Origin: a virus | Virus record (IMG/VR): IMGVR_UViG_3300035698_034402 | Location: 20,989-84,988 of that record | Length of the DNA stretch: 64,000 bases | Strand: one strand, 5' to 3' | In this document: positions 27,773-38,032 of the stretch, piece after piece | Numbering within the stretch: position 1 is the stretch's first letter | Layout: every line of letters starts with the position of its first letter | Made by a program: the position numbers and the translations under genes | The notes under the pieces: generated by a model | Databases searched by the model: none | The model's input: the letters and a program-made list of their open reading frames with translations, nothing else | Told to the model about the DNA's origin: nothing

Positions 27773-30700
27773 ATGAATCCAGCCGATCAAGCTCAAATTG
27801 ACACTCTATTGCGGGCGCTAGGTCACCAGCCCTTCGGTACGCCGGGCTTCGGACCGGCTTTCGGCGATTTACCTGCTATGTATCCTATGCCGCCGGGGGC
27901 CTCGTTCCTGGGTGGCGGTACTTTCTTTGGCCCTCAGCTTCCCTCTCCACATCACCTATCTTTCGGCGCTGGCCCATTCGGACAATTCGCCGGGATGGCG
28001 ATGGAAAATACGATGGCGGCCCGCGGATACCAGTACTTTCCGCGGGGGGTCAATGTTGGGGATGTGCTGCAAGGCCGTCAGTTTGAGCGGAACATGGAGA
28101 GCGTGGCCGGGTTGGGGCGCGAGTTCGACGAGCAGCGCTGGGCTAGGGTTATCGAGGCCGGGCTAAGCCAGTTTATGGACCGCCGCCCGGCAATGGCCCG
28201 GGCTGGCGCGTTGTCTGAAATGACTGCCGGGCCGATGTCCGCTCTCGGGCTCATGCGCCATTTGCCCGGCGGTTCTGCCGAGGACTTTGCCCGCAACATG
28301 TTCCTGGCCACGCAGAACATGCAGGACTACACCCGGACTACTTACGGGCTGGGACTGCCGGTTGGAGAAGCACAAGGCACGGTGCGCCAACTGATGGACT
28401 TCTTCATGCCGGTGTCTGGTGTCGTTAGCCCTCGACGAACCCGGGGGATGAAACTGGGGGACATCGGACAAATGGGCGCTGCTCTGACCAGTTTCGGCCT
28501 ATTACGAACTGATGTAGAGCCCGGTCAAATTGAAGAAATGGCCAAACAGCTGCAGGTTGATCCAGCAACTCTTACCGCTCCGGAGACGGAAAGACTGCGT
28601 GGGGCAGCACGTGCGACCAACATGGGGCAACAGCTCCGGGCTTACTCCGAGGTCATGGGCACGATGCGGGAGATCATGGGGTCTCCTGATGCTCCGATTC
28701 CGCAGATCATGAATCAGCTTCAGCAGCTCACCGGCGGCATGTTCCAACAAATGGATCCCGGGCAATTGCAGAATCTGCTTTACAAGGTCAAGGAGACTGC
28801 TCGGGCCACTAATGTGTCCATGGATGCGATGATGTTAGTGCTTCAGGAGGGGTCCAACATGGCCCAGCAGATGGGTTTACCGGGGCTGTCCGGTGCTCAG
28901 ATGACTTTGGGGGCCGTCGGCGCTACGGTAGCCGCTCAAACGGTAACTACCGGGCCGTTCCCCGGCCGTATGGACCCGATGGAGCATTTGAACTTGCAGA
29001 ATCAGATGATGGCCCGCGGGCGAGTGTCCCCCGCGGCGCGGGTCAATGTCCAGATTATGCAAATGTTGGAAGAGGTCGAGGCAGGATCGACTTTAACGCC
29101 TACAGAGCAGACTGTAGTTAATCAATTGAGACAACGGGCCGGAGTCGGGGAGTTCGACGAACGGAATTGGGGAGAGGCCGCTGGACTGCTTGAGCAATTG
29201 AACATATCGCCTGCGCAGTCTATGCGGCGGATGCGTAGTAATGTCGGTGTACAACCTTGGCTGATGGAGCACCCTGACTTCGATACGGTAATCCGCGGTC
29301 GGTCATACGGAGAAACCGAAGAAGATTATTTTCAGGAGCTGCGATTGAATTTCGCTAGGGGAGGCACCGGCGATGTCCACGAGGAACTGGCACGTGCTGC
29401 CGTAACAAACAACATGAGCGTGGCAGATTTGGTTAATCAATTGGGCACTGCAGTCTTCGAGAGCGGGTCTGGCGAAATCGGGGAGATGCGGAACTGGCTG
29501 ACTAATCAAGGAATAGACTTGCAAGATATCAATTTGGAGAGATTCTACGGCGAGGCCGAATCACAAGGGGGAGTACAGTCAGTTTATCGAAAACGTTCGA
29601 TAACCAAGGGGCGGCGCCAGTTTGCTCAAATGTTCGGGAGAAAGGGACGGCGGGCCGCTACGGAGATGGCCCGGGTTCGTGATCAGGGGGTAGCGGGGCA
29701 GAAACTATTGTCGGACATCAACGCCGAGTTCCGGGGTGGGGCGTTGGAAAGGGTCATGGGAGCGATCGCTGGAGGGGCAGGCGCTCGGGGCACTGCCTTG
29801 CAGCGGATCGAGGCGATATCCATGGCCGCATTCGGCTTCAAGTCCACCGAGGAGCTTCAACAAGCAGTCGGTAAAGACTGGGTTAGAGATATGACCAACT
29901 TGAACACTCGGCTGCAAGAGCTGCAGGGCAGTAATAATCCGGAAGACATTAGAGAAGCGGATAAAATTCGGGAGGAAATGAGGGATCTTAATGTGCGCGC
30001 GAAGGATCTCGCTCCAGGAGGGCTCTACGCTGGACTGGACCGCACCCGAGGTGCTCGGCAGGTTCTGGAAGAGCTGGACCAGGATGCAATAGATGCGGCG
30101 AGGACCTTGGCTGACGATACCAATACCGACCAGGAGCGCATCCAAGCCGCTCAGCTGCTGACGGGGCGCATGGGAGAGATCGACTCCGAGGCTTACGAAG
30201 CCATGGCCGGGGAGATGCGCGGCCCTGGCGGCAAAGCTTTTCGTCACATGACCGGGATAGTTCAAGCGGACGTCTGGAGTTTGCGGGGCAGGTTACGGCA
30301 GTTGGATGACCCCAATCTCACCGATGACGAACGCAAACAAATGACCAGGGAAATCCTGGGTGAAGCTTCGAGGACCGTAGGATACGGAGCGCAGGAAATC
30401 AGGGCGGCTGCAAGGTCGCAGGAACGTAGCTTGCGGGGGCGGGCGCGGTTGCAGCCGCAGTCGCTGCGCGGTCGGGCCGCGTTGTATAACGAATTCATGC
30501 AGAGCTACAACGAGTTTTTGAACGCCGATCCGGACAAGGCTATCGATGCTACCAGGCGCCTGGTCGATATGAGTTTCGATACTGATGCCTTATTTACTAT
30601 GACGCCCGAGGGGGAGATTGTACCCGATGAGAATCTGATCAAGCAGCTTACTTTCATGAACGAGGATGTTTACGGCAAGAGGGAGGCGTCTGCAAAGTAC

Positions 30701-31468
30701 GCCAATAAAGTGCGGAATAATCTTACCCGCATGCTCGAAATTCAACAGACGTTGAAGCTTGCTCCCCTTCTTGATATGTCGCCTGAGTCTATTGCAGATC
30801 TGCAGGAAGAGATGAAGAAGTTAGGCACGATTGACGGTAAGCCGATAAATCTCAGGGCTCTTCCGGGGATGGATGAGCAGACACAGGAGGAGTATCGCGT
30901 GGGCCTCGGCGCTGGTGGCGCAATTAAGGGACAGATCGAGGCACTTGAACAGCTTTTGGATACCCCGATTCCGAAAGGCAAGGAGTCTGCTGCTCGACAG
31001 GCCCGGGCTCTAGGACGCATGGTCAGTGTCATGGCGAAGGATAAGCGGTTATACGGTGACAAAGGCCTGCTTACGAAAAAAGCTAAGGGAGTTATTTTCG
31101 GGAAATATTCTGAAGACGGAGAGCTGGTCGATCCGGACCGGGCATTTGCGCTTATACAGCAATTTGAGGAGATTGGACAGCTGGGACAGCAAGGGATGTC
31201 CACGCAGGAACAGGGTAAGGCTTTGTCAAGTATGCTGAAGGAATGGCAGGCCGAAGACGAAGCTGCTAAGCCGGACAAAGGCAAAGACGGCAAGGGCGGA
31301 AAAGGGCAGATCGAAATAAAGTTCATGCGTGGAGGAGAGGAAATTACAGATTCGCTTGTTGTCGAAGTCGGGGCTGGAGGAGAGGAAAATGTCGGGCGTG
31401 AGGCCACGCAGACTGGTAGTCGAACGGCGCAGATTTTCGGTCCGTTGCTGGGCAGCCTTGGTTTTTGA
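27773..31468 (+). CDS. Tape measure protein
   Basis: 1231 aa, helical, Met/Gln/Gly/Ala-rich, no Cys; follows the chaperone pair. Confidence 0.7.
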   Translation: MNPADQAQIDTLLRALGHQPFGTPGFGPAFGDLPAMYPMPPGASFLGGGTFFGPQLPSPHHLSFGAGPFGQFAGMAMENTMAARGYQYFPRGVNVGDVLQGRQFERNMESVAGLGREFDEQRWARVIEAGLSQFMDRRPAMARAGALSEMTAGPMSALGLMRHLPGGSAEDFARNMFLATQNMQDYTRTTYGLGLPVGEAQGTVRQLMDFFMPVSGVVSPRRTRGMKLGDIGQMGAALTSFGLLRTDVEPGQIEEMAKQLQVDPATLTAPETERLRGAARATNMGQQLRAYSEVMGTMREIMGSPDAPIPQIMNQLQQLTGGMFQQMDPGQLQNLLYKVKETARATNVSMDAMMLVLQEGSNMAQQMGLPGLSGAQMTLGAVGATVAAQTVTTGPFPGRMDPMEHLNLQNQMMARGRVSPAARVNVQIMQMLEEVEAGSTLTPTEQTVVNQLRQRAGVGEFDERNWGEAAGLLEQLNISPAQSMRRMRSNVGVQPWLMEHPDFDTVIRGRSYGETEEDYFQELRLNFARGGTGDVHEELARAAVTNNMSVADLVNQLGTAVFESGSGEIGEMRNWLTNQGIDLQDINLERFYGEAESQGGVQSVYRKRSITKGRRQFAQMFGRKGRRAATEMARVRDQGVAGQKLLSDINAEFRGGALERVMGAIAGGAGARGTALQRIEAISMAAFGFKSTEELQQAVGKDWVRDMTNLNTRLQELQGSNNPEDIREADKIREEMRDLNVRAKDLAPGGLYAGLDRTRGARQVLEELDQDAIDAARTLADDTNTDQERIQAAQLLTGRMGEIDSEAYEAMAGEMRGPGGKAFRHMTGIVQADVWSLRGRLRQLDDPNLTDDERKQMTREILGEASRTVGYGAQEIRAAARSQERSLRGRARLQPQSLRGRAALYNEFMQSYNEFLNADPDKAIDATRRLVDMSFDTDALFTMTPEGEIVPDENLIKQLTFMNEDVYGKREASAKYANKVRNNLTRMLEIQQTLKLAPLLDMSPESIADLQEEMKKLGTIDGKPINLRALPGMDEQTQEEYRVGLGAGGAIKGQIEALEQLLDTPIPKGKESAARQARALGRMVSVMAKDKRLYGDKGLLTKKAKGVIFGKYSEDGELVDPDRAFALIQQFEEIGQLGQQGMSTQEQGKALSSMLKEWQAEDEAAKPDKGKDGKGGKGQIEIKFMRGGEEITDSLVVEVGAGGEENVGREATQTGSRTAQIFGPLLGSLGF

Positions 31469-31477
31469 GTAGTCATC

Positions 31478-32059
31478 ATGGACCTCTTTCATCGTGATCA
31501 GGTCAGCGCAGGGACCCTGAGTGTCTTTACCCTGCCTCAAGTGCGGGGGCAGGCTAAGCTGTTCTTCTTCAACCAGCCTGCGCCTCGGGGCAATACCTTT
31601 GTGCCCGGCGCGATTATTACCAATGTGCAGTACGGACAGCAGACCAATACTCAATTTCAACAGAGCCTGGATAACACCATCTACGTCTATTCCTTCGGGG
31701 ACCAGATGGGCAACGTGACGATCTCCGGGCTGGCCTTTCCGCGGATATGCTCCGGTGACGAAAACGGTCTCCGGGAAGTGCTGGAGTTCTATCGTGCTCA
31801 TCGGGTATCCCGGAACGTTGAACGGGTGCGAGTTACTTTCGCGGACGAGATTATCGAAGGGTTTCTGGTCAGTATCTCCATGACCACGGCGGACGTCGCT
31901 TCTGGAGTGCACAACTTTCAGCTGGGCCTGCGGACCATTCCGTTGGCATTTCAACGCGGCAGTGGAGCTGGTTACGCCGCTTTAACAGGGTCCCCCGAAG
32001 ACACCCGCCGCTATTTTAATGAGCGTGACACTTCGTCGACTGAGGGCGCGGCAACATGA
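31478..32059 (+). CDS. Baseplate tube-initiator/hub-like protein
   Basis: TQFQQSLDNTIYVYSFGDQMGNVTISG tube-like fold pattern; follows the tape measure gene. Confidence 0.55.
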   Translation: MDLFHRDQVSAGTLSVFTLPQVRGQAKLFFFNQPAPRGNTFVPGAIITNVQYGQQTNTQFQQSLDNTIYVYSFGDQMGNVTISGLAFPRICSGDENGLREVLEFYRAHRVSRNVERVRVTFADEIIEGFLVSISMTTADVASGVHNFQLGLRTIPLAFQRGSGAGYAALTGSPEDTRRYFNERDTSSTEGAAT

Positions 32060-32856
32060 TCAACCATGCGCGGACTTTGCTGTTAAACCGCCCGGGCGGA
32101 AAGCAGAATTTAACCGAACTCGGTGAGGAATTTATCCCTTCCGACTTCGCGGCCCAGGACTTAGTGCCTTGGATGGCGGATTATCGTCGGGTGCTGCTGG
32201 GCGCTGATCCGGGGCACGTTTATGCCAATTTCCAGCTGGCTCGTTTGTTGCGAGCTGTTCATGCGACGGAGTATGAGCCCTATTTGACTCTGTTCGACGA
32301 ACGCTTGACTTACGATCCGCGGGCTGCGGGTCCATTTGCTGAGGCGCAGTACGGGCTGAACTGGAGTAGCAGCGCCGGGAAGGTGACCGAGATCAACCGG
32401 ATCGGCGATATCGTGGCAGACGAAGAGCGCGGGCGTATGCAGCAGCGTTGGACGATCTCCATGACCGATGGCGAAGTTACAGTTTATAACGTTGCGACCG
32501 GGCAGTCTCGTACTGCTTCGGTTTACCGGGCCGCTGGGGCATCTTCGGCAATAACTCTACCCGGCAGCGATCTTCAATTGGTACTTACTGTCGGGACATC
32601 TGTCCTATCGGAGTGGACTGATGATTTAATGGTGGAAGTATTAGCACGCCCTACGCGGGAGTTGCACGAAGTGGCAGGGCGCCTGGAAAGCCTGCGTCAG
32701 CATGAGCGTACCTTATTCGGTACACAGTCCCAGCAACCTTATCTGACGTTCTACGGGCTGTGGCAAACCAGCAAGGTATTACCTGAGCGCCTTGCTGGCC
32801 TGTTGCTAGCCTTGATCTACCGGCTACACGCCCATCGCACCGGGAGTACCGCATGA
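32056..32856 (+). CDS. Hypothetical baseplate-region protein
   Basis: ATGA-coupled 266-aa ORF. Confidence 0.6.
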   Translation: MINHARTLLLNRPGGKQNLTELGEEFIPSDFAAQDLVPWMADYRRVLLGADPGHVYANFQLARLLRAVHATEYEPYLTLFDERLTYDPRAAGPFAEAQYGLNWSSSAGKVTEINRIGDIVADEERGRMQQRWTISMTDGEVTVYNVATGQSRTASVYRAAGASSAITLPGSDLQLVLTVGTSVLSEWTDDLMVEVLARPTRELHEVAGRLESLRQHERTLFGTQSQQPYLTFYGLWQTSKVLPERLAGLLLALIYRLHAHRTGSTA

Positions 32857-34685
32857 CTGCCCTCGATGAAACCACCACTACTACGGTGTATGCCGGTATC
32901 CGGGGGCGGGTACTGCTGACCAAAGTAGACCCTTCCGGGGAAATTACTGGGACAGCCGAAGAATTGCCTATGTCTTCGATCCAGGCGACTTTCCTGGTCA
33001 ATACCTTCCCCCGTGCTCAGATTCTCATTCCAGTGGGAAAACCGGCGGACAGTGCTTCTAAAGCTGATGTGATAAAAGCTCGCGAATTAGCGGAGAAGCT
33101 GAAGACTTTCCAAACGATTGAATGTTTTGTCACTATCTCCGGGGAGTTTGCGCCGGGGGTCCGCTGGCCACAAGACGATATCAGGGTGTTTAATGGTTAC
33201 GTCACCGGCACCAGCACTACGCGGGCTACCGGGGTAATCAGCGTGCTGGTCGAAGCTACGCATTGGCTGATGGATCTGGACGCCTCCAGCGCGTTGAGTT
33301 CTGTGTTCGTCTCGGGCGCTCCGGTGTCCTTTAATCTTCCGGCAGCCGGTAACAACGCCGGAAGCCAGGTAGGCGAGATTCTCGATCCTGATTTAGTGGA
33401 TATCGGAGAGAATGTTTGGCTTGCGGCTATCAAACCCAAATTCGTTGCCTTGTGTAAAACGGCGGCCTTGGAGACGCGGCTGAAATGCGCTCCTACAGGG
33501 GTCCGAGCGGAAGCAGCAATGTCCAACGATATCGCTTTGCCACGACTCGACGGATCAGGCAATGGGCGTTTCGACAATAAAGCAGTAGTCGATGTACCTG
33601 ATCTCGCTTTTATTGTAGAGCTGGACCAGATGTTGGAAGGCTCGGCAACCAAGCATGCAGGAGTGTTAATCTACAGCGGCGCTTATGGTAACGCTACATT
33701 TTGGGACCAGCTAACCCGTTTGGCCGCCATGTTTCATTTCACGATTATTCCTACGATAGACTCCGCCGTGTGTGCGCCCTTGTCCAACTGCGTTGCGGGT
33801 ACCGACGTACCGCGGCACGTTACTATCAAAGCTAACGAATATCATCAGATGCAGCCGAGTCAGGGGGTGTTTCGGTTGCGCCGGGGCTTGTCCATTCACG
33901 GCAACTCTACGTCGCCTTGGGGATCTGGCGATGTAACCTTAGTGCCGATAATGGAGACCGGGGGGCAGGTCCGGCGGAAAGTGATCCCTTACGAGTTTTC
34001 CGACGGTTGCTACATCGCGGAGAACGATCCTGATTTACCTGCTGATGTAAAGAAGGCCGCGCGTAAGGGGGCAATGTACTACGATTCGGCGCCGGACTGG
34101 CTGGAGGATAAGGGGATGCAGGCTATATTAAACCGAAAGCAAACCGACCCTCCGCGTAATCCGACGACTACTGCTCAAGATGTCGAAACTGAGGAAGGTG
34201 AATCGACGGAAGAGGAGACAGCAGGACAAGCGGCCGCGGTTAAGAAGGACGCTGCTAAGTGCAAGGAGCTGGGCGACGCTTATGCCAAGTGGCGCTACTG
34301 GTACGATCAGCTGCTGCCGCGGACCGGGCAGCTGGTAGGCAAGCTGCGCTTCGACATTGCTCCGGGTTCAATTGTGAGGATCGAAGATCTCGACGGTAAA
34401 CTGTATGATGATCCGGCGGCGTTTGGCTATCTGTATGCCTGCGTGACCGCGGTGCGGTTTACCATCGATGCGGTCAATGCCAAGGCCTCTACGATGTTCG
34501 GGTTAAGCCATGTTCGCCGGGAAAGCGAGAAGCAGATGGGTACCGATCGGCATCCTCTTTATGAGGACCGTTGGGTCGGCACCGTTCTGCAACAGGTAAA
34601 CATGGTCGCTGGGGGCGCGGGTCCGGGCGCGGCGCAGGCCACGTTCGTCCCGTCCGTCGGCAAACACGAGCATAATCCACAGTGA
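32853..34685 (+). CDS. Baseplate hub protein (gp27/gpD-like)
   Basis: RVFNGYVTGTS...VEATHWLMDLD; C-terminal GKLRFDIAPGSIVRI...VTAVRFTID. Confidence 0.55.
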   Translation: MTALDETTTTTVYAGIRGRVLLTKVDPSGEITGTAEELPMSSIQATFLVNTFPRAQILIPVGKPADSASKADVIKARELAEKLKTFQTIECFVTISGEFAPGVRWPQDDIRVFNGYVTGTSTTRATGVISVLVEATHWLMDLDASSALSSVFVSGAPVSFNLPAAGNNAGSQVGEILDPDLVDIGENVWLAAIKPKFVALCKTAALETRLKCAPTGVRAEAAMSNDIALPRLDGSGNGRFDNKAVVDVPDLAFIVELDQMLEGSATKHAGVLIYSGAYGNATFWDQLTRLAAMFHFTIIPTIDSAVCAPLSNCVAGTDVPRHVTIKANEYHQMQPSQGVFRLRRGLSIHGNSTSPWGSGDVTLVPIMETGGQVRRKVIPYEFSDGCYIAENDPDLPADVKKAARKGAMYYDSAPDWLEDKGMQAILNRKQTDPPRNPTTTAQDVETEEGESTEEETAGQAAAVKKDAAKCKELGDAYAKWRYWYDQLLPRTGQLVGKLRFDIAPGSIVRIEDLDGKLYDDPAAFGYLYACVTAVRFTIDAVNAKASTMFGLSHVRRESEKQMGTDRHPLYEDRWVGTVLQQVNMVAGGAGPGAAQATFVPSVGKHEHNPQ

Positions 34686-35404
34686 AGCCGAATCCCATAG
34701 ATCCGCTCAAAACGTCAGATGAAGTTGCAGATCCCTACGACGTCTGGCAGCGCTACCCCACTTCTACGAACTTGCAGCGAGTGCTGACTACCCTGAATCC
34801 TACGATCAACTCCGCGTTGACCACTTATGCAGGTAGCCAGAGTTCCCCACTGGTTCGCGGACGGGCTAAGACGTTAGCTGTTGGAGCGGTTAAGAACTAC
34901 GATCGACAGCGTGGAGCTTCGTTGTCGACTCATGTGATGTCTCAGCTGCACCCGCTGACCCGTTATGCTGCACAAGCTTCTCAGCCGATGAAGATGTCTG
35001 AACGCCGCATGCGCCAGCTTTCCTCGTTGAGGCGGGTCGAAGAGGATTTTTACGATCGGCATGGACGGGACCCGTCGGACATTGAATTGGCTGATCGTTT
35101 GGGGCTGAGCATGCGCCGGATCGGGCGTATTCGTGCCTACGCTACGCCAATTATAGGCGCCGAGGCGTCCGCCGGAGAGGCTGACCCGGTAACTGCCCGC
35201 CCGGATCCTATGGACGTTTGGGCCGACTACGTGTATTACGATCTGGATCCGATAAATCGGAAGATCTTGGATTGGAAAATGGGACGCAGCGGGCAGCCGG
35301 TTCTGCGTAACGTGGAGATCGCCCGGCGGCTGCAGATTTCGCCCGTCGCGATAACCAAGCGGGTCGCTAGAATTCAGCAAAAACTCATGGAGGGAATGGG
35401 CTGA
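34682..35404 (+). CDS. Sigma-70 family (group 3, FliA/SigB-like) RNA polymerase sigma factor
   Basis: Region 2-like AVKNYDRQRGASLSTHV; region 3 GRDPSDIELADRLGLS; region 4 HTH NVEIARRLQISPVAITKR. Confidence 0.75.
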   Translation: MKPNPIDPLKTSDEVADPYDVWQRYPTSTNLQRVLTTLNPTINSALTTYAGSQSSPLVRGRAKTLAVGAVKNYDRQRGASLSTHVMSQLHPLTRYAAQASQPMKMSERRMRQLSSLRRVEEDFYDRHGRDPSDIELADRLGLSMRRIGRIRAYATPIIGAEASAGEADPVTARPDPMDVWADYVYYDLDPINRKILDWKMGRSGQPVLRNVEIARRLQISPVAITKRVARIQQKLMEGMG

Positions 35405-35892
35405 TGTATGACGTAATTCAGAAATTCCAGGAGCGCTTGGACGAGTTAAAAGGTGATTGCCAGGAACTAGCTGGCGGGCTCCGTGGAATAGCTCAGCCGC
35501 GCTGGATGTTTTCTGGAAAGGACGGGGATACGGTCAAACCAGGCCGTTTCGATTTTGCCGGGGTTCATGCGCTCTTCGACCGTTCTGAGGCTGCAGACAC
35601 TTACATGGAAGCGATCGAGGAGTCTACTGCAGCAGTTGAAGCGGGCGAGGACTCTAAGCGCACCAAGCAAGAACTAGCTATCGCCAAGTTCCAGAGTGAT
35701 TACCTATCCGGCATGGAGCGCGATTTTTTCATGCGTAAACGCAGCCGTGTACGGATGTTGGCCCACGAAGCGACTGCGCGAAAGCACGCGGGCTCGGGAG
35801 CGGGAGTGTTCCAATCCTGTATTTTGGCTTATTTACAAACTCAGGCCCAGCGAGCGAGCGGGAGCGCCGGTAATGGCAACAGCGACTCGTGA
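35404..35892 (+). CDS. Hypothetical protein
   Basis: TGATG-coupled 162-aa ORF. Confidence 0.55.
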   Translation: MYDVIQKFQERLDELKGDCQELAGGLRGIAQPRWMFSGKDGDTVKPGRFDFAGVHALFDRSEAADTYMEAIEESTAAVEAGEDSKRTKQELAIAKFQSDYLSGMERDFFMRKRSRVRMLAHEATARKHAGSGAGVFQSCILAYLQTQAQRASGSAGNGNSDS

Positions 35893-36346
35893 CTATACCG
35901 GCCGCTCGGTCGACCTCTTTATTATGCAAGGCGCTGAAGAGACCGGCATGCGAAGAATCTCTCCCGGCCTGGGCGGAGAGGACGGCGGGCAAGTCACTGC
36001 GGGCGCTCAGAAGGCTGCCCAATTTTTTGCAGTTGTTTTCCTGACGGAAAGGGGGACGGCTGCTCATGACGAGGAATTCGGCACTAACTTCCTGTCTAGT
36101 CTGCGGCGCTCGAACCTGTTGGATTCTCAACTACAGCTGGCCTTTCGGGAGGCTGTGCAGGATGTGTTAAATCAGCAGGATAGTTACCGCCAGAGTGGAG
36201 ATCCGGACGATGAAATTCTGGCGGATGCCGAGTTGACGAGTTTCGCGACACCCAGCCCCGCTGAACTGCAGCTGACCGTGCAGTTGATTACGGTGGCAGG
36301 TGCTCAACGTACGATAATTCTTCCGGTCTCTTTGGCGATTCAGTGA
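35873..36346 (+). CDS. Baseplate wedge protein (gp25/gpW-like)
   Basis: ATG at 35873; GAQKAAQFFAVVFLTERGT...EFGTNF; upstream of the baseplate J gene. Confidence 0.7.
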   Translation: MATATRDYTGRSVDLFIMQGAEETGMRRISPGLGGEDGGQVTAGAQKAAQFFAVVFLTERGTAAHDEEFGTNFLSSLRRSNLLDSQLQLAFREAVQDVLNQQDSYRQSGDPDDEILADAELTSFATPSPAELQLTVQLITVAGAQRTIILPVSLAIQ

Positions 36347-36347
36347 T

Positions 36348-38006
36348 ATGTTAGCTATCAGCGATTTGACGACTACGGACGTGGCGCAGGCGGAGCTGGC
36401 CCTGGTAGAATTCCTTCAGGATGAATATCCCAGCCTGGATCTGTCTAAAGGCCGCGTACTGCGCGACTTGCTCATTCGCCCGGCGGCGATGTTCTATACA
36501 CTCAACGAAGAGAACCTGGATCGCTTACGGCGCTCCATGTCGTTGCAGCAAATCTCTGCGGATCCAACTTTGGCCAACGCCGATATTGTCGACGGAGTGC
36601 TGTCCAATTTGCTGTTAGCCCGTGACACCGGCGCTGCTGCTTCCGGTCAACTGCGGGTCATTGTCACCGCCAGCGTAACCACTCCGGTCGACTCGGACCT
36701 GGTTTTTGCAGCCACAGGGATCAATTATGTTCCGACTCGTGCGTTTGTAGGGGTTACTGACCAGGCTAACGTGGTTAACACGGGTTCGCGATTGATCAGC
36801 CAGCGAAGCGACGGCAATTATGAGTTTCTGATTGATGTCCAGGCGGAGGACACCGGCGCGGAGGGCAATATTGCCGAGGGCACTCGGTTTACCGTATCTG
36901 CGGCCATTCCTCGATTGATAGACGTCCTCGCGGCCAACGACTTCTCCGGGGGTCGAACCACCGAGAGCAACGCGGTATTAGCTGCAAAAGCGCAACAAGG
37001 GCTGAGCCCACGAGTGCTCAGTGGGCGCAGCCATATCGAGGCGCTGTTGGAGGAGACCTATGACGATCTGCAGGCCGTTTCTATCGTCGGCTTCGGCGAC
37101 GTGGAAATGACTCGCGATCGGCACAATCTGTTTTCGCTTAGTAACGGCGGAAAAGTGGATGTCTACGCTCGAACCGCGACGGTGCCTCAGCGGGCGCTGG
37201 TGGAAATAACTGCGACCATGCTGGACAGCGACACTAATACCCTGGCGGTCTCGCTGGACCGAGACACGATGGCTGGAGTTTATGCGGTGTTGGCGGTTTA
37301 TCGGGAAGGGGCTACCCCGTTCCAATTGAATAGCGAAAGTGAGCCCTCTCTGCTGGATTCCTTGGATATCACCAGTCGAGTATGGGCGCATAATGCAACG
37401 CAAACGGGGGACGAATTTGTACCCGATATCGTTAGCGGCAGCGAGGCAGCTTTCACTCGCTACCGGACCATGGTGCTGCAGTTCAAAGATCCTGCTGCAA
37501 CTTTGGAGGCGGGCGGTACGGCCATTTATCAGGTATACCTGCTGAAGATGCCGGATATTGCTTCCATGCAGGATTTTGTTAACGCCCGCGATCGGCGGAG
37601 CCCGGCCTCCGATTATTTAATCCGGGCGCCGGTCCCGGCAATTTGTAGCGTGGGCATTAAAGTGCGAGCGCGGAGCACTGGGGAGGTAGATAGCGACGCG
37701 GTGAAGAACGCGGTGGCCAACCGGATCAATGGTCTAGGCTTTTCTGTGGGGCACCTGCCCGGTTCAGCGATTATCGACGCTGCTCAGGGGCAACTGCCTT
37801 CCGATGCGGTGTTGGATTTGCCGATTAACATGCTGGCCGTGTTGTATCTGCCGGATGGAACTACTCTGGCGCTGACGGGCACGAACGAGCTGCGGGTGCC
37901 AAGTACGGCGGGAGATGCTACAGTGTCGGCGCGGACCGTAGGTTGGTTCCTGCGGACTAGCAATGTTGACGTGAGCGTGGAGGAAATCTCCACGCCGGAA
38001 ACTTAA
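36348..38006 (+). CDS. Baseplate J-like wedge protein
   Basis: LDLSKGRVLRDLLIRP, VQAEDTGAEGNI, FSGGRTTESN, VGFGDVEMTRD, GGKVDVY. Confidence 0.8.
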   Translation: MLAISDLTTTDVAQAELALVEFLQDEYPSLDLSKGRVLRDLLIRPAAMFYTLNEENLDRLRRSMSLQQISADPTLANADIVDGVLSNLLLARDTGAAASGQLRVIVTASVTTPVDSDLVFAATGINYVPTRAFVGVTDQANVVNTGSRLISQRSDGNYEFLIDVQAEDTGAEGNIAEGTRFTVSAAIPRLIDVLAANDFSGGRTTESNAVLAAKAQQGLSPRVLSGRSHIEALLEETYDDLQAVSIVGFGDVEMTRDRHNLFSLSNGGKVDVYARTATVPQRALVEITATMLDSDTNTLAVSLDRDTMAGVYAVLAVYREGATPFQLNSESEPSLLDSLDITSRVWAHNATQTGDEFVPDIVSGSEAAFTRYRTMVLQFKDPAATLEAGGTAIYQVYLLKMPDIASMQDFVNARDRRSPASDYLIRAPVPAICSVGIKVRARSTGEVDSDAVKNAVANRINGLGFSVGHLPGSAIIDAAQGQLPSDAVLDLPINMLAVLYLPDGTTLALTGTNELRVPSTAGDATVSARTVGWFLRTSNVDVSVEEISTPET

Positions 38007-38032
38007 GGAGTCGGTGTTCTGGGGGCCGATTT

